Part shown: positions 43,634 through 59,912 of the stretch, one piece after another
How positions within the stretch are numbered: the first letter of the stretch is position 1
Layout of the letters: each line of letters begins with the position of its first letter
Source: Chrysomallon squamiferum
Taxonomy: Eukaryota; Animalia; Mollusca
Direction of reading: 5' to 3'
DNA length: 64,000 nt
Assembly: GCA_012295275.1 (NCBI GenBank)
Contig: CM022672.1
Location: forward strand, 6,510,001-6,574,000
The notes under the pieces: generated by a model
What the model was told of the DNA's origin: nothing
Database searches by the model: none
The model's input: the letters and a program-made list of their open reading frames with translations, nothing else
Position numbers and translations under genes: made by a program

Positions 43634-46600
43634 TCAGATGATTATGAGACTGCTACTGATACAAACACAAACACAGAAAGCGAACTTACAGAAATGGATG
43701 AGAAGTCCAGTCTACAAGGTGAGCAGATTTTTAATTTTTTCCATTTTATAATTACCTGAATAGGAAAATTAATCAAAACATTATTTCATATCTCACATTT
43801 TATATTTTATGTTGTTGTGTTGAAAATCATAACGTATGTTTAATTAGCGTATTCTTTGGAAGATCAGAAATCTCTTTTTGTAAGAAACAGAATGATTTTT
43901 ATTTTATGTTTAGATTTTATAATTAATAATTTGAAAAAATGGAACAAGATGAAGTAGAAACGGGAAATAATGTTAAAAAATAAGAAAAGTATAATGGTTT
44001 TTATTATTTTTTTATTAACAGTGTTGTCTTTCGATGAACAGAAATCTGGAGAGCAGGAGAAAGATAACGAAACATCAATTTCAGACGACAACGTCACTAA
44101 AGAAATCAGTGATCACCCTGGAAGTGGTGATGGTGACACAGTGAACAAAACTAAATCAGACACAATAATGCCAGCCTGTAATGAAAAAGACGATGTCAAA
44201 GAAATGATTAATGAGGACGTTCTGAGTGAAGGTGCTAAAGAAAAAATCCCAGAACTGAACAGTGTTGACAGGTCTGATGCAGTAGATGTCACAGCTATCG
44301 TAAAAGAAATCAAAACCGATTCAAAAGATGTTAGACCCGATTTGAAAGAGGTCGTTTCTGATACAAATGATATCGTTTCTGATCTGTCTGATGCCAAGTC
44401 TTTCATGATAATAGGCAACACTGGCGACAGGACACCAGACTCCGAATCGGATAAAACCAATATCACGTCTCCTGCGGAAGATGCCAAATCGGATAAAACG
44501 AACAAGGTCTCGGATCAGAAAGAAGCGATCACGTCCTGAGAGGTTGAACAGCATGTTTGACGCAGATGACGTTCCCCTGGCTGAAGGTAACAAGTCCAGC
44601 AACAAGTCTGAATTTCCCGATCCAGACCGGTCGCTGGTTCAGAAAGACACCGAGCAGATATTTCTCCAGTCGGAGGAAAACTTTCCCGTGGACCCTCTGG
44701 GAGGACTGGCCAATGGTTCTGTTGCTAACAGCACCCTGCTGACCAGCAAGGACAGGTCCATTTCCAGTGCCAGCAATGGGAAGAGCATGTCTGGGTCCAG
44801 TTCTGTAAAGTCAGACAGTCTTCCAACTCTGGCTGGCAGAGAGCCTCCCCCACTGTTTGATGATGATGATGATGATATTGATGATAGGTGAGATACTTCT
44901 TTGTAATTTTTACTCGTCTACTGGAAATGGTAACAAACGAAATGGTGAAACAAATGATAATTAAGTGAATGAAAAGATCGATATAAAAAACCAAACAAAA
45001 AACATTGGAAGAATCAATAAAATTAATGATTGTTGAGATTTCATTATGTCAAAAATAAAGAGCTGGTAAATAAATAAATATAAATAAGATATTGACAGAT
45101 TTTTTATTTGTTTTAAAAATGCAAAAACAATAACAAAATTAATTTTAAAAAATAAATGCAAATAGTGTTTCTGTTAAAAAATATCCCGTAAAATAAGCAG
45201 TATTAAATGCTATTTATTCATGTTTATTTTGTAATTTGTAATTTGTCTCTGACTTATTATACAACATAAAATACTTTTATTAATTATTGAAATAGAAAGA
45301 GTGAAAGACACTTGGGATTCTCAGTTTTACTTTTTTATTTCTTTATTTCTTTATTTTTTTTTATTATTATTATTTTATTATATATTTTTTAATTGTTATT
45401 TATTTTATTATATATATATTTTTCTTTAATTTTACTTTATATGATTTTATTTATTTATTCTTTTTATTTTTATTTTTTTATTTTTTTTTCTGTTTTATTT
45501 TTATAATACTCTTTTTAAATTTTTTTTTCCATTTTACTTTTACTTTATTTTTTTTTTTCAAGCATCAAATCAAATCAAATTAATATTTGTTAAAAAGAAA
45601 TGCTGCAACTACTACTAGTACTACTACTATTACAATTACTACTACTACAACTAATAATAATGAAGATTATGATAAATAAATAAATACTTCTTTTTTTTCC
45701 AAAATTGGTAATCCTTGATAATGAAAAAAATATAGAAGACTGTCTATAGTAAAAAAAAAAAAATTTTTTAAAGTTTCAAATTATCCAGCAGTCTCTAATA
45801 TCTTCCTAATTTATTTATTTGAACTGGGTTTGAAGAAAGTTTATTTATTATCTAATTGCAGTGAATTATTTGGTTCTAACAACGTAACAGCAGACACATC
45901 TGTTAGTAAAGAGGACACAAAACAATCCGATAACAAGGACAGTACGAAGTCAAAACTGCCAAGTAAAACTGAACTTGTTGATGTGAGTCCTTTATTTATT
46001 TATTTTTTTTTTTTTATTATTTGAGAATGAGTATAAGATGATTAAATAAATAAATAAATACTAATAATGATGATGATAATAAGAATAAAAGTAATGATGA
46101 TAATTAATTATAATAGAGAATAATAAAAATAATAATGATGTTGTTAGTAAATAATGATATAATAAATATGATGATGATAATTGTTATAAATTATTACTAT
46201 TATTGTTGTTATTTGTTATTATCATTATTATTAACTGTAATAATAATCAAAACTGTTTTTCCTATTTAAAATTATAATATATTTTAATATAATTGATAAT
46301 TATGTTGTAGAACAAAACTTTTGTTTTCCCATATGCAGAGATAAGCCAGTACACTTTAAATGTTAAATAGTTATTTTTATTTACTGCAGTTAAAAAGATT
46401 ATGGTAAAAAACAAAAACCAAAATAAAAACAAACTGTAGTTATAGTTATAACCTAATTTTTATCTTATATCTTTTTCTCCATTTCCCTTAGGATAAATAA
46501 ACATAATATGTAATTTTATGTAATGTGTGTGACTGTATATTTACACATATACGTACAATTTAAATATTTAACTTTGTTTTATTATTTAAATTCTAGGATT

Positions 46601-46671
46601 CCAAGCCAGCTCCACCTCCTCCATTGTTTGGAGATGATGATGATGATGATGACCTTGACTGGTTGAGTTAG
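23128..46671 (+). CDS. FKBP15: FK506-binding protein 15 (WAFL) orthologue, ~1670 aa if the exon-31 frameshift is corrected
   Basis: 33 exons: 23128-23183, 23845-23942, 24351-24420, 24811-24880, 25250-25324, 25617-25715 (GC donor), 26040-26192, 26429-26497, 26744-26887, 27383-27523, 27861-27980, 29617-29824, 30024-30121, 30520-30577, 31761-31924, 32593-32700, 33075-33169, 33655-33757, 34131-34302, 34759-34895, 35661-35744, 36082-36153, 36740-36892, 37398-37490, 37998-38204, 38578-38685, 39151-39331, 40175-40303, 41294-41908, 43638-43718, 44022-44887, 45862-45982, 46597-46671. N-terminus [12 protein letters not shown]...KLASLFGMD...[11 protein letters not shown]1-like region, FKBP PPIase domain, [16 protein letters not shown], long coiled coil, [16 protein letters not shown] and C-terminal [19 protein letters not shown] all resemble vertebrate FKBP15. 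Confidence 0.93.
26040..26887 (+). CDS. FKBP15: FKBP15 exons 7-9: FKBP-type peptidyl-prolyl isomerase domain
   Basis: [11 protein letters not shown]...FDSN...[38 protein letters not shown]...[11 protein letters not shown]. Confidence 0.95.
41294..41908 (+). CDS. FKBP15: FKBP15 615-nt symmetric (phase 1-1) exon with four GDxGN repeats
   Basis: gtgtgtacag|CT AGT ... ATA G|gttaga; open frame in register with the flanking exons. Confidence 0.75.
44022..44887 (+). CDS. FKBP15: FKBP15 exon 31, acidic and disordered, broken by an apparent 2-nt deletion at ~44535 (TGA 44537-44539)
   Basis: Two overlapping ORFs in different frames (43970-44539, 44481-44891); only the second joins in phase to exons 32-33. 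Confidence 0.75.
46597..46671 (+). CDS. FKBP15: FKBP15 terminal coding exon
   Basis: ttctag|GAT TCC AAG CCA ... [15 protein letters not shown]. Confidence 0.92.
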   Translation, partial: DSKPAPPPPLFGDDDDDDDLDWLS

Positions 46672-48208
46672 CCAATCAGATTGCTTGTTACAGATTTATT
46701 TAGTGCTGAATCAAAACATCACAACCTGTAGGGCTTTCACTGTCCGTTTTATATAACTGTTTGTGTCTTGTGTGCTCAGACACATACAAAGTTTGTGCCT
46801 TTATTAAAATCACCAGAATATGTAAAAATCATCATGTAAGAAGTGTGTAAATGCAAGTTTATGAAAATAGTGGTTTATGTTTTGTAGTGAAAATTTCGTA
46901 AAATTAAGTATTTTACAGTAGATAGTAAATAACTGAGGTTTTTTCGTTCTGTACTGAAAATTATTAAAATATGTGTTATAAAATAACAAAACAGACACTA
47001 ATTTATTTTTACATATATTATTTTATTGTTCTGGAATGACAGTATAATTGTACTTGTGTTTTAATTAAGAATTTTTAAAAATATTTTTTTTTATAGTTTG
47101 TTGGTTTAAGTTCTATTAATTTTTGTTTTCTTTTTCTTATCTTTAAATTTAATTATTTATTATTATTATTATTTTTTAATTGTTGGCTGTATAAAAAATA
47201 GCTGTTAACAGATTGCCAGGAAAAGAAATCTGAAAAATTAAAATAAATAATATCGTTGAAAAAAAATGACACAGTTGATATAATTTAAAAAAAAATAAAA
47301 AAATGAACAAGCAGATGTAATATTTAAAACAAAAATTTCTCTCTTTCAAATGTAGACATGATTTATTCTCTCTGCACAAATTTAAAAACATTTATATAAA
47401 TAATTATTTTCCACTCTTACAGATGTGAAAAAAGTGTATTTAATATTAATGTGTTTTTTTTCTTCTTCTTCTTTTTCTGTTATTTTTGTAGGTTTTTTTC
47501 ACTTTTCTACTTTTACTGGCTTTTATTTATTTAAAATTAATCTTACTTGTTTAAGTTTCTTTCTTGTTGTATATATTTTTTATAACCTTATTGATCAGTG
47601 CTAATCTTATCATTATTATTATTTAATATATTGTTTTGTTAATTTTATTAGTAGAATTTGTTCTTAGACTCATCGTTTTAGTATCATGTTAAAATAATCT
47701 TGTCATTATTATTATTTTATATATTGTTTTGTTATGTTTATTGGTAGAATTTTTTGTTTGACTCAAGCTTTTATTATCACATTAAGAAAATAATCTTCCA
47801 TTATAAAATAAAATCAAGGCTCAGATTTTTCTCTGTGTAATGTATACATGTAATATAGGTACAGATCAAGGTTTTTAAGGAGGGGATGATTTGCTTGCTG
47901 GTAATCATTACTGCTGAAGGTTTTTGAAAAATACAGTGATGACACTAATAGTGTTTTTTATCCATCACAGAAATACTGACTAAAAGAGAGAGTTATTGTG
48001 ACAGCCAAGCATAGCAACAGCTTTATCTAATTAGCCTGTCAGTTGTTCACTTCTTTATGCAGTGTATGAAAAAATTCAGTTTCTAAAAGAGTAGCTAGGC
48101 TTTTCAAAATAAAACACTACATATATATCTATATATGCATGGATGGATAGATGAATGGGTGTATACATGTGTGTATTATATATGTTGACCTGTGTATGTA
48201 TGTATTGG

Positions 48209-48239
<31 letters not shown>

Positions 48240-48574
48240 CTGTGGGGGAATGGGTTGATGATAATGTGTTTGTTCAGTAATGATAATAAGGAGAAAGAGA
48301 CCAGACCCTTTAAGAATCCCTGAATCTTCACTTGTAATTAATTTATTTTAAATTTGTTAATGATATATATATATTCCTCATTACATAGAGAAATATTGTA
48401 TCTTTAACAATAGTTTATCATGCCAAAGAAGTGTTTAATATAAAATAAGATTCTGTAATAATGCAGTAGTTGCTTTGTATCAAATTTATTGATCTAACAA
48501 GGAAAACATGATTATGAGATAATTGTGTAATAAAATAGTCTTATGAAAATTGCTTAATTTATTGTTCATCATGT

Positions 48575-52610
<4,036 letters not shown>

Positions 52611-53292
52611 CTTCTCCTCATCCTCTCTTACTGATTCTGTTATATAATAACGTTAATAACATCAGGTTCTGTATCGTCTGACCATGACAGGCGTGCACTA
52701 ACGCCAGTGGACGCATGCAGCCATTACATGACTGATGAATATTATTTTGGTAGCAGAATCATCCATACTTTTTACAACACAGAGAGAAAAAATCAATCTA
52801 CTCAGTAATAAATTTACGGGGCAATTTGGTAGTTGTTAAATAAAAAAGAAGGAAAAAAAAAAAAAACGATTAATGTTCAGGATGTCATATATCTTTCCTT
52901 ATTCCTGTTTCGCCTTTTTTTTTTTTTTTTTTTCCCCCCTTAAACTACTTCAATTTACGAAACATCCTGGATATTGCAAAAACATAAGGTTTTTCAGGAA
53001 AGGAGATTTTCCGTTTAGGGTGAGTTTTTCTTATCTTTTCATTTTTATTTACTTTTCGGAATAATAAAATTTTTTTTATTAAAAGATATATGAAAAGCAT
53101 AATTATATATCACAAACACACCTATGTAAATGTGGATATACTTTTCAAATTATTTGTGTATATATAGATATATAAATACATACCAGAATATGACTCATAG
53201 AGAGAGGGAAATGGTTATCCGTTTTGTCTTTAGGTGAAGCAGCTCTTGAAAACTGAATTATACTAAAGTAATAAATTTTAGAGAAATCTCTG

Positions 53293-53330
53293 TATAAAAG
53301 AAGGAGAAATCGCCATGTCATTTTAGTACG
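53293..53330 (+). promoter_or_regulatory. TATA box (TATAAAAG) and initiator-like site of micro-exon gene A
   Basis: tataaaag at 53293-53300, tcatt/ttagt ~25-30 nt downstream, first donor gtaagt at 53389. Confidence 0.6.
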
Positions 53331-53384
53331 TGTTACTGTTTTCAGCTTATAAAACAGATTTTTCTACTTTTGTATTTTATTTTA

Positions 53385-53500
53385 ATGTGTAAGTATGGAA
53401 ATAGTAGTAGTGGTAGTAGTAGAAGTTGCTGTAGTTGTTATAATAGTAGTAGTAGAGGTAGTAATAGCATATATGCCGTGGTAGCAGTTGTAGTAATAGG

Positions 53501-53531
<31 letters not shown>

Positions 53532-53730
53532 AGTAGTTGTAGTGGTTTTAGTAGTATAGTAACAGTAATAGTAATACAGGAGTAGTAATAGTAATAATAA
53601 TCGTAGTAGTAAGGTGGTATTTCAAGTGATAACACCGTAGTAGAAGTAACAATAGTTAGGGCAGTAGTATTCATTGTAGTTGTAGCAGTTGTAGCAGTGG
53701 TAGTATCTGTTGTTTTTATTACTATTATTA

Positions 53731-53800
<70 letters not shown>

Positions 53801-54811
53801 TGACAATGTTAAATTTGTGCGCTCTTGCTTTTATTTTGTTTTATTAATTTTCCAGACTTGGTCAAGATGCGGTCCCTAGCATTTCTCTTTATTGTGATTT
53901 CTTTACAAGGTAAGCTGTTCATAATGTATATATATTTTTAATAAATGTTTTAAAGTACGTAAACCACAACACTGTCGTTTATTTTTTAAATAAAGTTACT
54001 CATACTGTCTTATTTGGTTTAGTTAAACTATTTGCAGAAAAACCTCTTTTTCTTTCTTTCTTTTTTTTTTTTTTTTGCTGTTGTTATTATTGTTGTAATT
54101 GTTGTTGTTATTGTTGTTATTATTGTTATTACTATATTATAGTTATTGTTTGTCTTTTTAGAAGGACAGCTGGTCTTTGTTTTCATTATAATGAGTTTTA
54201 ATAATAATAATAATAATAATAATAAATTTAATAATAATAATAGAAAAATAAAAAATAAAAATAAAAAAAATAAATAAATAAAATATAATAAATAAGTAAG
54301 TACGTAAGTAAGTAAACAAACAAACAAACATTATTAATACAGTCGACCCGCCTAAACTCCAGATATGAAAAAACGCAGATGCTCAAGACATTTATATGAA
54401 ATGACGTCATTTTACCATGTTATACATAGTCATAACTTGAAACTCCAATGTTATATAACACTTAGAGCTGCTGATTCGTACTGACTGCAGTATTCTATTA
54501 TGTGACACCACATAATTTACAGTATAATTTACTGTAAAAAAAAGAAAGAAAAAAAAGAAAGAATTTCGGACATTAGTTTGTGAGAACAGCGGATAAGGTG
54601 GTTTTACTATATTTCAAATAATAAACGCAATAAATGATATATACATATGAGAATGAAAATGGTAATTTGATAATACTCATGACTGGTCTGAAACACCATT
54701 AAAAAAAAAGAAAAGAAAAAGTTATTTATGCTTAAGTTTATATATTTAATTATTATTAATGTTGTTGTTGTTTATTATGTTGTTATTATTGTCATTGTTA
54801 TTACTGTTGTG

Positions 54812-54849
<38 letters not shown>

Positions 54850-55258
54850 TGATATTACTGTTGTTATTTATGTTGTTATTTTTATTATTGTTGCTGTTGT
54901 GTTGTAATTATTGTTGTTGTTGTTGTTATTATTATTATTATTATTTTTCTGTTGTTGTTGTTTGTTGTTTTCAATAATTTTCATCTTTAATTTCTCCGTC
55001 TTTCAGTGATACTGCAACATTCTGATATAATTTCAGCGGAGGTAAATTTGTTTCTGAACTTTTATCAAATATGTTCTTGTTTGATTTAGTCAAATACTTT
55101 AACTTTTATTAATATATATATATATATATATTTTTTTTTTTGGACTAAAGAAATACTTATTAATTTACCTTTCTCTTTTAATCTTTTGAATAAATTTAAT
55201 AAAATTACCGAACATATTAAAAGCAACAAAAAAAAAATAAAAAATTAAAAAATAAAAT

Positions 55259-55289
<31 letters not shown>

Positions 55290-55464
55290 TAATAATCTGT
55301 GTCTGTTTATCTGTATATCTGTCTTCCTATAGAGATACATACACATGGACATACTACATGCACACACACATTTGTCGTTAATACATACATACACAGGTTG
55401 TCCTGATGGCAGTAGGGTCGAATCTCGTCAGAGGCATCTGACGGGTTTGTGAGGTCGTGACTGG

Positions 55465-55544
<80 letters not shown>

Positions 55545-58149
55545 TGTTATCATTATTATTAATATACTGTATTAATAAATTGTTTCACATATTTAGATAA
55601 CAAAATTCGTTCTTCTAAAATTAGAGTATACGTTTTATATATTAACATTATTATTATTATTTCAGACCACCCAAACAACTTTTAGTCCTGTAAGTATTCC
55701 TTTTTTTAATATACAGTAAACTCTCATACATCAGACTACGATCTTAGCGGGTCCAAAATGTAGCGGTCTAATTGCTTTATGTCTGATTTCCTTCCAAATA
55801 CAGGATACCTTTTGAACATGTGCGATGGCTGATAAGGGGGCGTTCCAGGTAAGAGCAGCCTGCACAGATGAAATCACACCCCAACCACACTCCACGTCAA
55901 GCTTATCAGTGTTTAGCAAATGTTTTAAAAGCTTAGGCCGAAACGTACCGAATCGTCCATAAAAAGCTGTGTTAAATTCTAAGAAATTAAAAGAAATTAA
56001 TCAAACTTAAATTAAATATAGGTTGAATCAGTTGCATACAGGCTTACGTGTTTTTATGTTGAGTGAACTTGTCGCATTCAATAACAAAACGCAACGTGAG
56101 ACGTTTTGTAACAGGTTTATAAAGTACGTGCACACTGAATGTGCTAAGAGGAGTTACTTACTTCTAACTGTTAGTGAAGTTAAATACGTTACTGGCAGGA
56201 AGCGAATATTTCGCACGACTATAACATAAGATTTGCCAAAGCGTACCAGTTTGGTACGAACATACCACAAATAGCAGCACTGTTTCTTAATATGATCTTT
56301 TAGTGACAATAAGTGTTAACTTTTTAAATAAAACATTTGTATTAAGGAATTAAAATTATTAAACAAATATATTTATATGCAAAAACAACCAAAATAAAAA
56401 AATATATATGAAAAAAAGAAAAGAAAAAAAGAAATGAAAATGATAGTCTCTTGTTAAATACGATTTTCATTTTAAACAGTATCATTAACTTGTACTGTTA
56501 CACGACGATAGAAAGCGTAAGCAGACAAACATTTTTACTGTTACGTCTTCTAGTTTAAGAAATTAACTGGGATGTCTATAATACAGTAACCATGTAAATT
56601 TTAATATATATATATATTAATCTATCTATTTGTTGTTCGTGTATCTATCTGTATATCTATTTGTCTTTCTCTATAGATACATATACATGGATATATTATA
56701 TGTACACACACATTTGTCATTAATACATACATACATACATGCATACATATACAGTCCGCTTTCGTAATGCGGGCGAATGGGTGCCATACGTTCGAGTCTC
56801 GTAAGCGGCATCTGACGGGTTTGTGAAGTCGTGACTGAAATTTGTCCTCCTGCGTCAGTGCGTTCCCGAATATTGTCTATTTGCAGAGGCTATTCAGACG
56901 TACATAAGACAGAGAATATTCAAAATCATAAACTATATACATACATACACAAGTACACACATACATAGATACATACGTACATACATACAGTGAATTAAAC
57001 TTTAATATTTTCGTATCAAATAACAGTAATAAATTCGTTCTTCTAAAATAACAGTATACATTTTATACATTAACATTATTATTATTATTTCCTGAGGTTT
57101 ATTTTATTTCAGGCCATAGAAACAACAACTGCCAGACCTGTAAGTATTCGTTTTTTAATACACAGAAAACCCTCGATTTAACAGACTTCCTTCATACATC
57201 ACACTTCTATCTTAGCGGGTCACAACTGTAGCGGTCTAATTGCTTTATGTCTGATTTCCTTCCAAATACAGGATACCTTTTAAAACTATGCGATGGCTGA
57301 TAAGGGGGCGTTCCAGGTAAGAGCAGCCTGCACAGATGAAATCACACCCCAACCACACTCCGCGTCAAGCTTATCAAACAGTGTTTAGCAAATGTATTAA
57401 AAGCTTAGGCCGAAACGTACCGAATCGTCCATAAAAAGCTGTTTTATTCTAAGAAATTTAAAGAAATTAATCAAACTTACATTAAATGTAGGTTGAATCA
57501 GCGTTTTTGTACCTGTTTAGTGAAGTTACCGAGTTCACTCAACTTGTCGCATTCAGTAACAAAACGCAACGTAAGACGCTCTGAAAGAAGTTTATAAAGT
57601 ACGTGATTACGAATCAGCTAGAAGAGTTATTTACTTCTAACTATTAGTGAAGTTAAGTACGTTACTGGCAGGGAGCGAAACAAAATATATTAGGATATAA
57701 AATAAGATTTGCCAAAACGTACCAGAAGAAGTCAAAGATACCAAGTTGGTTCGAACATACCACAAATGGCAGCGCTGTTTCTCAGTATGTTAAAATAAAC
57801 CATCTGATATCTTTGTGATCTTTTAGTGATAACTTTTTAATTAAAACATTTGTATTATGGAATAAAAATTATTCGAACTGATCTGTCATATTATAATTAT
57901 ATTCACATAATTATTATCATTTTAAAAACATTTGTTGTTTAACTGATCTGTGATGTCAGCTGACAGACAGCCATTCGCTGCGTCGGTTAGTTCGTTAAAT
58001 CGAGGGTCTACTGTATTTAACGTATTACAGGTCTTGTCAGTCAATTTTTACTTATTTAATTATTTTGTTTATTCTTTGTTATTTCATATTATTATCATCA
58101 TCTTAAATAAACATAAAATAAAAAGGAAACAATATGGTTGTTGTTGTTG

Positions 58150-58187
<38 letters not shown>

Positions 58188-59732
58188 TTTTTTAATTAAT
58201 TTTGTTTATATATTTATTTTTAATTTATTTATTTATTTAAATGTAAGGACAACGGTTTAGAATTTATTTCCGACTAGATGATTTTATTTTTATTTTTAGG
58301 CAACGAACACTACAAATAATGTAAGTATTTCAGTTTTATTTTATTTTTATTTATTTATTTCGTTTACTTTTATTTATTTATTTATTTATTTATTTTATTT
58401 ATTTATTATTTTTTTGATTTTTTTCTAATAAAACATATTATATTTTAAAATTCGCATACACTTCAGTAATAATAACTTTTTATAAATTCTATAAAACTTA
58501 TTTTTAAAGCACTATATATTAAAAAAAAAGAAAAAAAAAAGATGCAAAATCTATTTAATGAAGAAATAGATAAAAACGGAAACAATGTATTTATTTATAT
58601 AACCAGGAACAATAACTGATATGCACAGCAAAATAATGAATTTAAAATATTAATGTTTAACAAGCAGATTTATCTCCCTTCAGACTTTTTAATTTTTTTA
58701 AATTGAACGATTATTTATTTATTCATTTACTTATTTATTTATATGTTTATTTGTTTGTTTGCCTGTCAGATTATGTTTTTGTTTTTCTTTAATTTGAATT
58801 AATCATAAAAAGAAAGTATTAAAATTTATTTCTGAAATGTTTATTTTCAGGTCGCAACCACTGTTGTAAGTATTTCTACTTTGATTTATTTATAAGTTTA
58901 AAAAACTCTCTTTCATAAATAATTATGTATGTATATATGTATGTATGTATGTATGTATGTTTGTATATGTATATATGTTTGTATATGTATATATGTATGT
59001 ATAGAGGTATGTATGTGTGTATGTATGTTTGTATGTATATATGTATGTATAGAGGTATGTATGGGTGTGTATGTGTGTATCTATGTATCTATGCATGTAT
59101 GCATGTGTGTGTGTGCATGTGCTTATGTTTGCACGCAGGTATGTATGGCATTGTAGTTTGTATATATTATATTTATCTATGCATGTGTGTGCATATGTAT
59201 TTAGGTATGTGTGTATACATGTACATGCATGTGTATACAGGTATGTCTGTGTTTGTATGTAGTCATATATGTATGTGGGTGTGTATGCATATGTATGTAT
59301 GTGCATGTGTGCTCGTTTTCTGATAACAGTGTTAATGTTATACTTTCTTTATAATGAATATTTTTTATTTTTTGCTTTTAGACGCAGGAAACTTCAACTA
59401 ATGTAAGTAGTATTCGAAATTTTGTTAAGAATTTGATATTCACATATGTGCGTAAAAGTATGTATTTATGTGTGTATATTATAATTTTAAATAGGAAAAA
59501 CTATTACTACAACAAATAATAACAATAACAGTTATAATCGTCATTATTAATATTATTATCAGTGTTATTACTATAATTTTTTATTATCAGCATCATAGTC
59601 ATTTGTATTATAATTATTTATTTTCAATATTCTTATTATTTATTATTATTAAAATTAATTATAATTAATTATCTCAGATATCATTATTACTACTAGTACT
59701 ACCACTATTACTACCACCATTACTACTACTGC

Positions 59733-59765
<33 letters not shown>

Positions 59766-59912
59766 CCTATTATTATTGTTATTATCTTCAAAAGTAATGG
59801 TATCAATATTTATTTATTTAATTTATTTCAGAACTCCGGTACTTTGAAAGGAACTGGGATATTTGTTTCATTTCTTCCTTTCCTGCCATTGATTTTGACC
59901 AGTATCAACTGA
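53385..59912 (+). CDS. Micro-exon gene A: 93-aa secreted, Thr-rich, putatively GPI-anchored mini-mucin
   Basis: Exons 53385-53388, 53856-53909, 55007-55041, 55666-55689, 57113-57139, 58300-58320, 58851-58865, 59382-59402, 59832-59912 join in frame to MYLVKMRSLAFLFIVISLQVILQHSDIISAE-TTQTTFSP-AIETTTARP-ATNTTNN-VATTV-TQETSTN-NSGTLKGTGIFVSFLPFLPLILTSIN*. All introns are GT-AG with strong consensus. AATAAA at ~60034 and ~60112. The start could be the second Met (53867). Confidence 0.8.
54340..54609. mobile_element. Degenerate TcMar/Tigger (MER2-like) MITE
   Basis: TA-CAGTCGACCCGCC start, internal gcagatgctcaagacatttatatgaaatgacgt similar to MER2-type elements, degenerate inverted end gcggataaggtggttttacta-TA. 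Confidence 0.45.
55396..55465 (+). mobile_element. SINE fragment, internally deleted
   Basis: ggttgtcctgatggcag...tcgaatctcgtcagaggcatctgacgggtttgtgaggtcgtgactgg. Confidence 0.65.
55666..55689 (+). CDS. Gene A micro-exon, 24 nt (TTQTTFSP)
   Basis: tatttcag|ACC...CCT|gtaagta, phase 0-0. Confidence 0.8.
56755..56940 (+). mobile_element. tRNA-derived SINE, 5'-truncated copy
   Basis: Aligns with 60340-60528 (gttcgagtctcgt..gcggcatctgac..cagtgcgttcccgaatattgtctat); followed by (ACAT)n. Confidence 0.75.
57113..57139 (+). CDS. Gene A micro-exon, 27 nt (AIETTTARP)
   Basis: tatttcag|GCC...CCT|gtaagta, phase 0-0. Confidence 0.8.
57163..58013. mobile_element. Non-autonomous Tc1/mariner-pogo DNA transposon (MITE), ~850 bp; truncated copy at 55714-56360
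   Basis: TIRs CAGAAAACCCTCGATTTAAC (57163) and GTTAAATCGAGGGTCTACTG (57994-58013), 18/20 match; TA flank on the right and at the left end of the other copy. Confidence 0.8.
58300..58320 (+). CDS. Gene A micro-exon, 21 nt (ATNTTNN)
   Basis: tttttag|GCA...AAT|gtaagta, phase 0-0. Confidence 0.78.
58851..58865 (+). CDS. Gene A micro-exon, 15 nt (VATTV)
   Basis: attttcag|GTCGCAACCACTGTT|gtaagta, phase 0-0. Confidence 0.78.
58925..59312. repeat. Degenerate (TGTA/TG)n low-complexity tract
   Basis: Direct reading. Confidence 0.9.
59382..59402 (+). CDS. Gene A micro-exon, 21 nt (TQETSTN)
   Basis: gcttttag|ACG...AAT|gtaagta, phase 0-0. Confidence 0.78.

Larger units (their letters stand above)
55295..57870 (+). 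repeat. Tandem segmental duplication, period ~1447 nt, each unit = SINE + micro-exon + MITE
   Basis: 55295-56360 aligns with 56635-57870, including near-identical blocks (55741-55920 vs 57209-57395). Confidence 0.9.

Noticed and set aside
44113-44605. Antisense ORFs of 130 and 94 aa
   Set aside because: Shadow frames of the FKBP15 coding exon
58923-59323. Overlapping Cys/Tyr/His-rich ORFs on both strands
   Set aside because: Translation of a degenerate TGTA microsatellite inside an intron
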